From Octopus vulgaris (Eukaryota), in NCBI GenBank assembly GCA_951406725.2, contig OX597818.1, positions 132,680,001 through 132,744,000 of the forward strand: 64,000 nucleotides of DNA. The letters run 5' to 3'. How positions within the stretch are numbered: the first letter of the stretch is position 1; each line of letters begins with the position of its first letter. The notes under the pieces are model-generated. The model was not told where the DNA came from, did no database searches, and saw only the letters and a program-made list of their open reading frames with translations. This document shows, one piece after another, positions 1 to 12,155 of this stretch. The translations under genes were made by a program, and so were the position numbers.

Positions 1-204
1 AACCAAATCCAAAAACGAAATTATTATTGTTTATTATTATAATTATCATCATCATCATCATTACTATTCACCTTATATGTGGTCGGCTAATGATGACAGT
101 TAAATTTGCACTTATTTGATGCAGTTATAATTGATGTAATATTAGTTGTAGTGAAATAGGATAATTAAAGTGTGGGATAAGTTAAAACGTAAATATATAT
201 GCAT

Positions 205-205
<1 letters not shown>

Positions 206-240
<35 letters not shown>

Positions 241-612
241 GTTTAACGTCCGTTCTCCATGCTAGCATGGGTTGGACGGATCGACCGAGGATCTGGGAAG
301 CCAGAAGGCTGCACCAGGCTCCAGTCTGATCTGGCAGTGTTTCTACAGCTGGATGCCCTTCCTAACGCCAACCACTCCATGAGTGTAGTGGGTGCTTTTT
401 ACGTGCCACCTGCACAGGTGCCAGGCGAGGCTGGCAACGGCCACGGTTGGATTGGTGTATTTTACATGCCACCGGCACGGAAGCCAGTCGAGCCGGCACT
501 GGCATTGGCCACGATTCGGATGGTGCTTTTTACGTGCCACCCGCACGGAAGCCAGTCGAGGTGACGCTGGCATCGGCCACGATTTGGCATCGGCCACGAT
601 TGGCATCGGCCA
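206..612 (-). mobile_element. RTE-type LINE 3' UTR fragment (family A) with (GAT)n tail and internal tandem GTGGCACGTAAAAAGCACC units
   Basis: Sense (minus) strand ends ...GGACGTTAAAC(GAT)n and contains GGCGTTAGGAAGGGCATCCAGCTGTAGAAA. The same sequence recurs about 8 times in the window; the copy at 1885-2420 joins it to an RTE-like ORF end. Confidence 0.75.
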
Positions 613-1884
613 TATGTATATATACATATTTATATGGATATATATTCATACATATATCTTCATACATATATATATACCATTCATGCATTTTCTATTGGTT
701 CCTTCTTTTGCCAAAATGCTAAATTACAAGAACATGAACAAACCAACGCTGATCGTCAAGTGGTGAATGGCAAGTACAAAGACATGATTTGCATGCATGC
801 ATGCATGCACATACACATGCATACATACATACATACCCACTCACACATATTGTATATCTTTTTTTCTCTTTTTTTCTTTCATAATGTTGAGGTCATTCAA
901 TATTAGCATTGGTCAACAGCTAGTTCAAATTACATGGAGCAAACAACTGTTTCATATTAAAAGACTGTAAAAATAAATGAAAGATTTTTCTGTCAGAAAT
1001 AATCACATCGGAGAACATAGAATTAGATGTTTATCATTAAGAATTTATGTAAATTAGATACATTATTGCTGTTTTATTTCAAAATATCAAGAAAGTGTCT
1101 CTGCAAGTGTTTACTGCATAAAATACTGTAATTTTATCAGGTTTTTATTAACCTTGAATAATTAAATATCTTTTGTCAGACATTGAAGTTATTCAGAGAA
1201 AATTCTGATGTATTAAATTTTACGAAAAGACATTTTCTAAAATGTCTTCAGAATATGAGAATATATGTAACGCTGTGATTATATTTTTAGAATTTATACT
1301 TGGTGGTTTGGAATCAAGAACTTGGTTTTGATTTTCAGTTAAAAAAAAAAGAAACCAAAAAAATAGTTGCATTTGTAGAACTAATACTTCTGGACAGAAT
1401 AAGCATGAATGCAAAAACTTCCAAAATTCTTTCTTTTGTAATTTCAAGATCTTCTGCCTAATTAAGGATATAATTTAAGATGTAGAGCAGTTGTTTGATG
1501 TGCAATTTTTAATTGCTTCATCCATATTAATCAAGAACTTCCCTGGAATTTAAAGATCGTTCAATGTCCCAAGTTAATCTAAGAAAATCTCTTTGCATTG
1601 GTGGCATGTTAAGCCTTGAAATTATTGCTGCATATTTTGGAACTGTTTCTATACTAAATATTTTATTGTAAGTTGACATTGTAGTAAAGATACATGTGTC
1701 TGCTGTCAACTAAATAAATAATTGCTGAGATAACAATAAAACTTTTTCACTATGCTTTTAAAAAAGTATAAAAAACCAGTAATTACACCAGGCATGGCTG
1801 TATGGTTTAGAAGTTTAGAAGTTAGAACCACATGGTTTCAGATGCAGTACCTCAGGCCTTGTGAGTGTACACACACACACACAG

Positions 1885-1923
<39 letters not shown>

Positions 1924-2420
1924 GTTTAATGCCTGCTTTCGATGTTGGCACGGGTTAAACAGTTATACAGAACTGATAAGCCAGATGGCTGTGCCAGGTT
2001 CCAGTCTGATCTGGCAAAGTTTCTACAGCTGGATGCACTCCAAGAGTGTAATGGGGTGCTTTTTACATGCCACTGGCACAGGTGCCATTTACATGACACC
2101 ATCAACTGCTGCATCTCTGATTTCATGGATGTTACAACTATGATTCATGGGTACCATTTGCAGGACTCTAACAACAGCCACAGCTATGATTTCACTTGGC
2201 TTGATGAGTCTTCTCTTGCACAGCATACCATCAAAGGTCTCAGTCACTTGTCATCACCTCCTTGAAGCCCAGTATTCAAAGATCATGCTTCACCGCCTCA
2301 TCCCTTGCCTTCATGAGGCCCAACATTTGAAGATCATGCTACTTGCAGCAACCACAACAACAATTTCACTTGACTTAATGAGTCTTCTCATGTACAGCAT
2401 ATCACCAACAGCCTTGGTCT
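1885..2420 (-). mobile_element. RTE-clade LINE 3' end: decayed ORF C-terminus plus family A 3' UTR
   Basis: Minus 2304-2192 translates DEAVKHDL*ILGFKEVMTSD*DL*WYAVQEKTHQAK*, resembling the RTE C-terminal W.D.VK.DL..LG....DR..W pattern. It is followed by the family A UTR and (GAT)n tail; partial internal duplication at 2310-2420. Confidence 0.7.
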
Positions 2421-2446
2421 CACACACACACACACACACGTATCTC

Positions 2447-2685
2447 TTTTAGCTTTTACTTATTTCAGCTATAAGACTGCAACCATGCTGGGGCACTGCT
2501 TTGAAGGATTTAGGTGAACAAATTGACCCCAGTGCTTATTTTTGTAACCCTAGTACTTATTCTCCCAGTCTCTTTTGCCAAACTGCTAAGTCATAGGGAC
2601 ATAAACAAACTAACACTGGTTGTCAAGCAGTGGTGAGAGACAAACACACACACACACAAACACACATACATACATACACATACTA

Positions 2686-2717
<32 letters not shown>

Positions 2718-2903
2718 TTGACATACACATATGTATATATAGGATAGGCTTCTTTCAGTTTCTGTCTACCAAATCCATTCTCCAAGTCTTTGGTCAGCCT
2801 TGTGCTGCAGTAGAAGACACTTGTTCAAAGTGTCATGCAGTGGAACTGAACTTGGAATCATGTGTTTGAGAAGTAAACTTCTTACCACACAGCTACACCT
2901 GTA
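2447..2903 (-). mobile_element. tRNA-derived CORE-like SINE (family C), older copy
   Basis: Decayed match to family C: head GCTGTGTGGTAAG, central microsatellite, tail CAGCATGG...GAAATAAGTAAAAG. Confidence 0.75.
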
Positions 2904-3290
2904 CCTATATAAATGTGTGTGTGTGTGTGTGTGTGTGTCTGTCTGTGTATGTCTTTGTCTTGCGATCACATGATGGCTGTAAATGAGCATCATCATCAAC
3001 AAGTGATGTCACTCATTTCCTGTATTCCATGGGAATATGTGCAGCTATGAGGAAATATCATCCCTGCTTCTAAACAGGTGAAGGTGGGCGACAGAAACAA
3101 ATCTGCCTCAACAAATTCTCTCATGCCCAGCCAAGCATGAAAATGGTTGTCATTAAAGCAATGATGATGATGATGAGGATGATTATGATGACTACTATGC
3201 ATCTAGTTTCCCACTTGTCTTTGCTTATTGGTAATAATTATTTCTAATTAATCACGAGATCAGCAGTTTAGAAGGGATGGGATTAGTCAA

Positions 3291-3450
3291 TTAACCCTTT
3301 AGCATTCAAAATGGCCATACCCAACCCAAATATTCGACATGATCAAACTGACCAGATCTGGCTTCTCCCAGCTACCCTATAATGTCATTCAAAAAGTAAG
3401 AAATCACATTATGAAAATCTCGAAGCAAGATAATGCATGATTAATTCAAG
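3291..3450. mobile_element. piggyBac-like MITE, left end only
   Basis: Begins TTAA|CCCTTTAGCATT. No right end is seen; it runs into the adjacent mariner fragment. Confidence 0.4.
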
Positions 3451-3451
3451 A

Positions 3452-4157
3452 CTGGTTTGGTGGCTCGTCTTTGTCCAGCCATTGTGCTGAGTGTTTACGG
3501 TTGCTGTATTGGATCTGTTTCTCCTCATATGTAACAATTCAATTCAAAAATGATTCATTTTTGTGATGAGAAAGTAACAGAATGCAGGCTTCTAGACGTT
3601 GCTGTTTCTGATTTTCATTGAGTTCATGTAGAACCCACTTGTCCAACTTTTTCACTTTACCAATTTGAACTAGGTGAGTCAATATTGTTTGCTTGCTAAC
3701 ACCAAACAACAACGATAATTCACAATCATTTTGAGATGGATCTGACTCGACGGTGGCCTTCAGTTTGTCATTATCCACCTTTGTTTCTGATCAATAGCAT
3801 TGCTCATTTGTGAGGTCAAAGTTGCCAGAAAGAAAATTTTCAAATCAATTTGATACTGTCTGCTGTGTAGCAACATTAGAATGAAATACTCCATTAATAT
3901 TCTGAGCTGTCTTTGATGCTGTATTTCCAAGAAAGAACTCATATTCCAAAACTGCATGAATTTCCGACTCTAAACAAAAATAGCAAAAAACAATTTATAA
4001 ATACTTTATAAAGCACCAAAATGAGTTAGAATAAAGAAATAGATGTGTCATCTTTCTAACAAAAAATAAAGATTGTTAAAATATAGTAATGGCACAAAAT
4101 GAGCAGCTGTCAAAATTCACCATATACCTTACTGCAAATTTCATACTTGACAACCTA
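3452..4157 (-). pseudogene. mariner transposon 5' half with disrupted transposase
   Basis: Minus strand reads ESEIHAVLEYEFFLGNTASKTAQNINGVF...DNDKLKATVESDPSQ...KWVLHEL (WVPHEL motif)...IVTYEEKQIQYSNRKHSAQWLD, with stops and frameshifts. TIR-like end TAGGTTGTCAAGTATGAAA at about 4157. Confidence 0.85.
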
Positions 4158-4298
4158 TCCTCAAAGACTTTTCCACTTGTTCTGCATGATGTCAATTTGC
4201 GTAGTTGGTACAATGGACATAATATTATGCAGTAGCAGCAACAGCAATAGTAGCCATGATGGTGGTGGTGGTGATGATGATGGTGGAGGTAGCAGCAT

Positions 4299-4361
<63 letters not shown>

Positions 4362-4760
4362 CAGCAGCAGCAGCAATGATAATTGTGATAATTATATAAT
4401 TCTTTTAATAGTTTCAGTCATGCCATCCTTGAGCAATATGGCCAAGTGCTTTAGTAAATTATATTGTCTCCGGTATTTAGTCCATTTCTTATTTTAACGA
4501 GATCCGTTTATCACAAGGCTAAGTCTTCTTTTAGCATAAAAGAATTTAACTAAGCAACATAATGTACATACATTGTTTAATACACCAATTTACAGAAGCA
4601 CATATAGTCACGTACATATAGCGTAATCTCCAGTATACAAGCCAACATAGTACATAGTGTAAACATGTAGTGCAACCATTCAAACATTATTACTTGCTTT
4701 CCAAATCCTGCTGCATTTCACACGGAATATTTAGCTTGCTGAAGTCATCTTGGCACTTAA

Positions 4761-5068
4761 CCCCTTACCCAACAATTATTTTGAAAATAAATGTATTTTT
4801 TCAGACATATTTTTTAATTGTTTTATTTTACTATTTTTTGAATGGTGATTTCGAGGTATATTTCAAACCTTATTTATTATGAATTTTAATTCAATAATAT
4901 TGATTTTAAATTACCGCTTTGGGCAGAAACGATTTAACCCATTTTTAGACGAAGGAACTTGTTTGCTGTCGATTTTGGCGAGTCTATCTTTTGACGAGTT
5001 AACTCGCCAGAGATAGAAAAAAACGATTTCGATCAAAACGAATATATTCGTTTCTGCCGAGTAAGGGG
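4761..5068. mobile_element. piggyBac-family MITE (308 bp)
   Basis: TTAA at 4757-4760 and 5069-5072; TIRs CCCCTTACCCAACA and (reverse complement) CCCCTTACTCGGCA; no coding capacity. Confidence 0.8.
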
Positions 5069-5433
5069 TTAATCATTTTGGCTGTAAATTTCAGTTTTCT
5101 AAAGTTTGACTTGTATGGTGGACAGTCTATTAGTATATAGTGGTCTTCCTCTCAGTTTTCAGTCAACCAAATTTCTCTGGATATGGTAAAAAGGCATTTC
5201 CTTAAAGTGCTGCAGCACAGTGTGACAGCAAACTTGAAACCAAAAAGTTATGAAACAAACTCCTCAGTCACATAACCATGCTCTCGTTCATGAGTTAAAA
5301 ACTCTAATTTTCTGATTAAAATATTGGTCAGAGAAGAAAAGCAAAAAAGCAGAGAAAAAAAAAGGAAAAAAGGAAACAATCAGATAAACAAACACAAATA
5401 CATATTAAGGCAGTCTCATACTTTCTTTCTTTC

Positions 5434-5448
5434 CTTCTTCTTCTTCTC

Positions 5449-5485
<37 letters not shown>

Positions 5486-5514
5486 TAATAATAATAATAA
5501 TAATTATTATTATT

Positions 5515-5580
<66 letters not shown>

Positions 5581-5702
5581 GTTGTTGTTGTTGTTATTTC
5601 CCAGACCTTAACTGCAAGGCAAAAAAAAAGAACCCAGTACCTCCTCCCCCCACTTAAAAATAGCAAAAATGAAATATTGATGTTAAAATAATAACGATGA
5701 TG

Positions 5703-5736
<34 letters not shown>

Positions 5737-5752
5737 TAATAATAATAATAAC

Positions 5753-5816
<64 letters not shown>

Positions 5817-5824
5817 TAATAATG

Positions 5825-5901
<77 letters not shown>

Positions 5902-5910
5902 AATAATGCA
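5434..5910. repeat. compound trinucleotide microsatellites (AAT)n/(CAT)n/(GTT)n/(GAT)n
   Basis: Seen directly; source of the poly-I/Y/M/H ORFs. Confidence 0.95.
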
Positions 5911-6704
5911 TTAATCATAAAGAAATCAAGAAGGGAAACATAACTGGAGTATGTTGTGTTGTTTTCTTTAAACCATCTTTGGATATAATCTGATATTATG
6001 TCAGTTGGAAAACAACTTCAAGGATGAAATTTTAGACACAACTAACTTTCCTCCATTGCATCTTATATTCTTCCTCTTTCCTTCTTCCCTATCTTGCTTT
6101 CTTTCGTTCATTATAATTATGATTATAATTATTAAGGTAGCAAGCTAGCAGAGCCATTAGTGCATTGTAAAAATGCCTTGTGGTATTTCTTAAAACTCTT
6201 TATATTCTGAGTTCAAATTCTTTCAGGACAGATAAAATAGAGTACTTGTCAAGTAATGATGGTAAGGATATCAACTGATCCTCCCCTCTCGAAGATGCTG
6301 TTCTTGTGCCTTCCTTCTTCCTCTCACTCCTTCCCTTTCCACCTCCTCCCTCTCCACCTCCATCACCTTCTCCATCTCTGTCTTCCTCTCCATCTCTCTC
6401 TCCCTAGCTCTCCCTATCCATATCTATCTCTTCTCTTCTTTTTTCCACTGTTAAAACAGAAAAAGAAAAGGAAAAGAATCAATCGTATTAATTTTTAAAT
6501 GGCTATAGGCTAACTAATTTCAAGATCTCGAGTTTTGTTGTGCTGAAGAGCCCACAACAAGGGTGAAATGGTATTCTTTACAATTACTGTAATATCTAAT
6601 GAATGAATTATAAGGAAATAGGGAAATATTATATGCAGTTTTCCACTTTTCACTCAGAAATAAGATCTCAAAATAAAGAAATGTATATATATATATATAT
6701 ATAT

Positions 6705-6899
6705 CATCATCATCATCATCATCGTTTAACGTCCGTTCTCCATGCTAGCATGGGTTGGACGGTTCGACCGGGGATCTGGGAAGCCAGAAGGCTGCCCCAG
6801 GCTCCAGTCTTATCTGGCAATGTTTCTACAGCTGGATGCCCTTCCTAACGCCAACCACTCCGTGAGTGTAGTGGGTGCTTTTTACGTGCCACCCGCACA
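6705..6899 (-). mobile_element. family A (RTE 3' UTR) copy
   Basis: Near-identical to 238-410; a second, more decayed copy lies at 7087-7290. Confidence 0.75.
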
Positions 6900-7309
6900 T
6901 ATATATATAAGCTGAAAACCAGTTCTCTCCCCTTAAAAAGAAAGTCACTCTCTCCCTAATCTTATAGTAATAACTCTCTATCTCTTACTCAATAAGCAGC
7001 TATAAATAGCAACAGTTTCTGGTCAAATATCAATGAGTATATTTTTATTATTATGGCTTTTTGTATACTTTCACTTACCATATTGCATCATCATCATCAT
7101 AGTCATTTAACGTCCTTTTTCCATGCTGGCATGGGTTGGACGGTTTGACTGAAAGCTGGTATGGTGGGGAGCTGCACCAGGTTGGTTCCAGTCTGATCTG
7201 GCATTGTTTCTACATCTGATTGTCCTTCCTAATGCCAACCACTCCAAGATTGTAGTGGGTGCTTTTTATGTATCACTGGCATGGGTGCCAGTTATGAAAT
7301 ACATATTTG

Positions 7310-7348
<39 letters not shown>

Positions 7349-8129
7349 TACACACACACACACATACACACACACACATATATATATATATATATCATTT
7401 TTTTTTTTGCATCATTTTTATGATATGAAGTAGATGAATGACAAGTCGTCCACATCGCTAGATTCTAGAGCAAAGCAGATAGCAAACCCGAACCATTTGC
7501 TACATACTCAAGAAACAAGATAAAGAAAGACACTGAGCATATGTACTGCACTTAGGAAGACAGAACTTCTTTCATGGATTTGATCTCAGCACTTACAGCA
7601 TATCAACTACGACTAGCTTTTGAGTTTCATAATCTAAACTCCTATACTAAATCTGACTACCATCAGCTTCATAATAGCTACCACTGTATTGATGTCCTTT
7701 CATTCATGCTGTCATTGGTAGCATTTATATGATACAACATCCCTAAATGTTTCAATTCAGTACAATTTTATGTGTGAAGCCTGACAAATGCAGGTTTCAT
7801 AGAAACTACATCTTGCCAAGTCTTCAGTATTTCATCTTTACCTGAGGGCTGTGATGTCACCATTGTCAACTGTTAAAGTCTTTCCACTTTTGTATCAACT
7901 ATTTACATTATAGGTTCTAACAGCACAGTTTTCTTTCTGAATATAGCAATTAAATTTTCTTACATGGTGCTGCTAACCTGGCTTTTACTTTTTTTCTAAT
8001 TATGCATTCAAGCATTCTCTGAAATGAAACTTATGTTATTCTTGTATGTTAACAGTAGTTTTGTTTGTGTGTGGTGTGTAACATATTCATACACACATAT
8101 ATCATAAGTGTGTAGGATATAATTTATTT

Positions 8130-8310
8130 CTGGAGAGGGGAACCAGTCGATTAGATCGACCCCAGGATGCAACTGGTACTTAATTTATCGACCCTGAAAG
8201 GATGAAAGGCAGAGTTGACCTTGGTGGAATTCGAACTCAGAATATAAAGACAGACGAAATCCCACTAACCATTTCGCCCATCATGCCAATGTTTCTGCCA
8301 GCTCACCTTT
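8130..8310 (-). mobile_element. tRNA-derived SINE (family B)
   Basis: Minus strand GGTGAGCTGGCAGAAAC...GAGTTCGAATTCC (B box)...GCCTTTCATCCTTTCAGGGTCGATAAATTAAGTACCAG. Confidence 0.8.
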
Positions 8311-8655
8311 ATTGTCGTATAATGCAACCTCCATGATGCTGTACCAATCATTTCATGATTTTTACCTCATATTTAAATATTTGTGTTATTCACTCTTTAA
8401 GTGCACACTCAATGAACAACTACAAGTAGAGAAGAATTAGTGAGGACATCTCTTTTCTTGTGGGCACAAATTTTGAGAAATGGGAGTAAGCTCATGTAGG
8501 CACCAAAGGTGTTTATCTCCTCTTAAGTATTGATACACACACACACACACACATATGCAATATATTTATACGCATACTCACTAATATGACAAATGAGAAT
8601 ATATTAAATACCATACAATATAAGTTATTCATTTCTATATTTAAGAGATGAGGAA

Positions 8656-8657
<2 letters not shown>

Positions 8658-8687
<30 letters not shown>

Positions 8688-9009
8688 TTAACGTCCGCTT
8701 TCCATGCTAGCATGGGTTGGACGGTTCAACTGGGGACTGGGGAGCCCGAAAGCTGCACCAGTCCAGTCAGATCTGGCAGTGTTTCTACAGCTGGATGCCC
8801 TTCCTAACGCCAACCACTCCGAGAGTGTAGTGGGTGATTTTATGTGCCACCGACACAGGTGCCAGACGAGGCTGGCAAACGGCCACACTCGGATGGTGTT
8901 TTTTATGTGCCACCGACACAGGTGCCAGACGAGGCTGGCAGACGGCCACGCTCGGATGGTGTTTTTTATGTGCCACCGACACAGGTGCCAGACGAGGCTG
9001 GCAGACGGC

Positions 9010-9012
<3 letters not shown>
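8658..9012 (-). mobile_element. family A copy with three about 61-bp tandem units
   Basis: Unit TTTATGTGCCACCGACACAGGTGCCAGACGAGGCTGGCA(A/G)ACGGCCAC... repeated three times at about 8838-9012. Confidence 0.8.
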
Positions 9013-9051
<39 letters not shown>

Positions 9052-9186
9052 TTAGAAAAAACATTGAAATAACAGTGATATAATTAAATTATACCATATA
9101 GAAGAAAATTAACTATAAGATAAAAACATATACCAATAATTAAGTAATGTACAAAATAATAAATAAAAAGTATATAATTGATAAAA

Positions 9187-9269
9187 GGATTACACATGTT
9201 TCATGGCTATATTTTAAAACTGATAACAGTAAAATCAGTTCAATTTAAATATAGTCACTCTTCAGGTCC
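9187..9269 (-). ncRNA. type I hammerhead ribozyme-like motif (Penelope pLTR type)
   Basis: Minus strand: GGAC CTGAAGA GTGACTATATTT...AAATATAGCCAT GAAA CATGTG TA ATCC. Intact core, long stem II, minimal stem III, GUA site. Confidence 0.65.
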
Positions 9270-9559
9270 AAGAAAAAACAATAAAATAATTAAATAAATA
9301 AATATACGTATATAATCTTGTAAGAAAATTTACATAAATATAAAAATGTAGGTGTTTCCTAACACCCTAGTTGCATTTAATGACATTTATATATGTATGC
9401 CAAAATTTCTTTTATATCTTGGACATAGAGTTACCCAAGGTTTTGTATCCACAAAGCCAAAGCTTTGTGGGCAGCTCATCAGACTCTAAAGACAAAAATT
9501 TAAAATTTCTACAATGATGTTATCCTTGAGGTAGCAACTGATAATATGTAGAAGTGCAA

Positions 9560-10285
9560 GGATCAGTACAGTAATCAGACATAGATGATGCAGTGGACGA
9601 AGAAATGATCAAGCTCAATAACAATCTATTAAGCAACAACTACCCCAAAAGCAAACTCTCTACTCCAATTATGAAGAAAAGAGAGGATAAAACCAATAAA
9701 CTGTCCACAGTCTGTCTACCCTATGTGTAAGGCCTCTCCGAAAGGATACAAAAGATATGCGGCCTATATGACATCAGAACAGTATTCAAGAGTAATACAA
9801 CACTTTGCAAATATCTCCTTTAAGTAAAACCACAAATAGAATAGAATATGATCAAAGACAGTGTGTACTCCATCCCATGCAGTTGTGGTAGGTTATACAA
9901 AGGCGAAACATGCCGCCCCCTCAAAATAAGGGTAGATGAACATTGCAAAGCTTTGACATAAGGAGATATTGATAAATTGGGTATAGCTGATCATGTCTGG
10001 AAAAATGGAGACCACCTCCCCCTGTGGGATGAAGTTAAAATAATAGACAGAGAACACCACTGGAAAATACGAAAACTAAAAGAAGCAGCACATATGCTTG
10101 GACACAACAACCTCCTAAGCAGACTGAATGCAGATATGAGTAGCATATGGGAACTGGTATTAAGGAAGGATGGAAAAATATCAGATTCATAAGCCCTAAA
10201 ATTCACTCCATAATTGCCCACGAGCATAGTGGTAAAGAGTGCAGGCTACTAACCCCAAGATTCTGAGTTCGAGTCCAGGCAGTGA

Positions 10286-10356
<71 letters not shown>

Positions 10357-10500
10357 TTGAAAAATACCTTAGGAATGAGAACTCAGGTTCGAAATTTTCC
10401 CAAGATACCTGATGAAGGGTGGAGGGTATATCAGCCGAAATGTGTTAACAACAAAGAAGATGAGGACAAATATCCGTAAAATGTAAATAATGTAAATAAT
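9560..10500 (+). mobile_element. Penelope-like retroelement 3' part: GIY-YIG endonuclease pseudogene plus pLTR-like tail
   Basis: Translates VCLPYV*GLSERIQKIC...VYSIPCSCGRLYKGETCRPLKIRVDEH...GIADHVWKNGDH...EHHWKIRKLKEAAHM (GIY-YIG of PLEs), with stops. The downstream tail has a tRNA-like segment, (AAT)n and a hammerhead core. Confidence 0.85.
10402..10446 (+). ncRNA. degenerate minimal hammerhead motif in Penelope tail
   Basis: CTGATGA (10409-10415) A GGGTG-gagggtatat-CAGCC GAAA (10437-10440). The stem III/cleavage segment appears deleted. Confidence 0.55.
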
Positions 10501-10847
10501 GTGCAGTGACTTTGTAAGAGATGCTGTAACTGGGTTGTGGATAGATAGTTTAATAATAAAACATATCAGAAATGAAGCACACTCGAAAGAATAGAGCAGT
10601 AATTGTTGCATCAAGAAATTTTATATTTTGGACATAGAGTTACCCAGTCAAATCTGGAGGCAATAAAATAAATCCCAAAATACCAGTCACGGACTGGGGG
10701 TTATATAATTGCATGTTCCCCCATGTGAACATATGTGGCCTTGTTCCTTACCTACAAGTCACTATTATTCATCATTAGTGAAGGTCTTCCATGATGTATC
10801 TATTATGGACATAGATGGTACCAACATGCAAAAGTATATGTGTGTTT

Positions 10848-11072
10848 AGGCGGCAAGCTGGCAGTAGCATGCCGGGCGAAATGCGAAGCCGTATTTCGTC
10901 TGCCATAACGTTCTGAGTTCAAACTCCGCCGAGGTCGACTTTGCCTTTCATCTTTTCGGGGGCGATAAATTAAGTACCAGTTACGCACTGGGGTCGATAT
11001 AATCGACTTAATCCGTTTGTCTGTCCTTGTTTGTCCTCTCTGTGTTTAGCCCCTTGTGGGTAGTAAAGAAAT
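10848..11072 (+). mobile_element. SINE family B, young copy with TSD
   Basis: GTATATGTGTGTTT duplicated at 10834-10847 and 11073-11086; B box GAGTTCAAACTCC; tail GGGTAGTAAAGAAAT. Confidence 0.9.
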
Positions 11073-11270
11073 GTATATGTGTGTTTGTGTGTGTGTGTGT
11101 GTCATTAATTCTATATAAACCCTGACTTTTTAGTAACTTGTTCTTGTAATGTTCAGAGTTCAAACTTTGCCTTTTCTTCTACCAGAATTGATTAAATAAA
11201 TCATCCAGAGCTAGCCAAATCCGGAGGCAATAAAATAAGCCCCAAATACCAATTACGGATCGGGGGTAAT

Positions 11271-11652
11271 GGAAGCACTCCGTCGGTTACGACGACGAGG
11301 GTTCCGGTTGATCCGAATCAACGGAACAGCCTGCTCATGAAATTAACGTGTAAGTGGCTGAGCACTCCACAGACACGTGTACCCTTAACGTAGTTCTCGG
11401 GGATAATCAGCGTGACACAGAGAGTGACAAGGCCGGCCCTTTGAAATACAGGTACAACAGAAACAGGAAGAAAGAGTGAGAGAAAGTTGCGGTGAAAGAG
11501 TACAGCAGGGATCACCACCATCCCCTGCCGGAGCCTCATGGAGCTTTAGGTGTTTTTGCTCAATAAACACTCACAACGCCCGGTCTGGGAATCGAAACCA
11601 CGATCCTATGACCGCGAGTCCGCTGCCCTAACCACTGGGCCATTGCGCCTCC
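11271..11652 (-). mobile_element. tRNA-derived SINE (family D), full length with TSD
   Basis: Head GGAGGCGCAATGGCCCAGTGGTTAGG...GGTTTCGATTCCC (A and B boxes); TSD ACGGATCGGGGGTAAT at 11255-11270 and 11653-11668. Confidence 0.9.
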
Positions 11653-12066
11653 ACGGATCGGGGGTAATATAATTGACTGTTCCCCCATGTGAACATGTGT
11701 GGCCTTGTTCCATCCCTACAAGTCAATATTGTTCATTATTAGTGAATGTTTGCCATGATGTATCTATTATGGATATAGATGATACCCACATGCAAAAGCT
11801 TGCCAAAAATAAATGGTGCTGCTCTCTGTATAGCGAAACATGTGACTGGAAATGTTGGTATTTTAACAGTGTGAAAGGATTATGTATGGGAACCTTTGCA
11901 AAAAAAAAAGATTTGAAATTTGAGTTCAAATTCTGAGGTCGACTTTGCCTTTCATTTTTTCAGAGTCGATAAAATAAATACCAGTTGAACACTAGGGTTG
12001 ATGTAATCGACTCATCCCCTCTTTCAAAATGGCTGCCCTTATGGCAAAATTTGAAACCATTATCAC

Positions 12067-12100
<34 letters not shown>

Positions 12101-12104
12101 GTTG

Positions 12105-12154
<50 letters not shown>

Positions 12155-12155
<1 letters not shown>

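Noticed and set aside
1527-1709. Possible minus-strand terminal exon after TTATTTATTTAG (LTADTC...SREVLD*)
   Set aside because: The acceptor is plausible, but I recognise no protein and found no compatible upstream exon; needs RNA-seq.
7842-7869. 28-nt minus-strand micro-exon candidate (CTTTAACAG|...CTCAG|GTAAAG)
   Set aside because: Splice-like signals only; expected by chance in AT-rich DNA.
8838-9012. Regularly spaced direct repeats resembling a CRISPR array
   Set aside because: Contiguous tandem units without unique spacers, inside a retroelement UTR in eukaryotic DNA.
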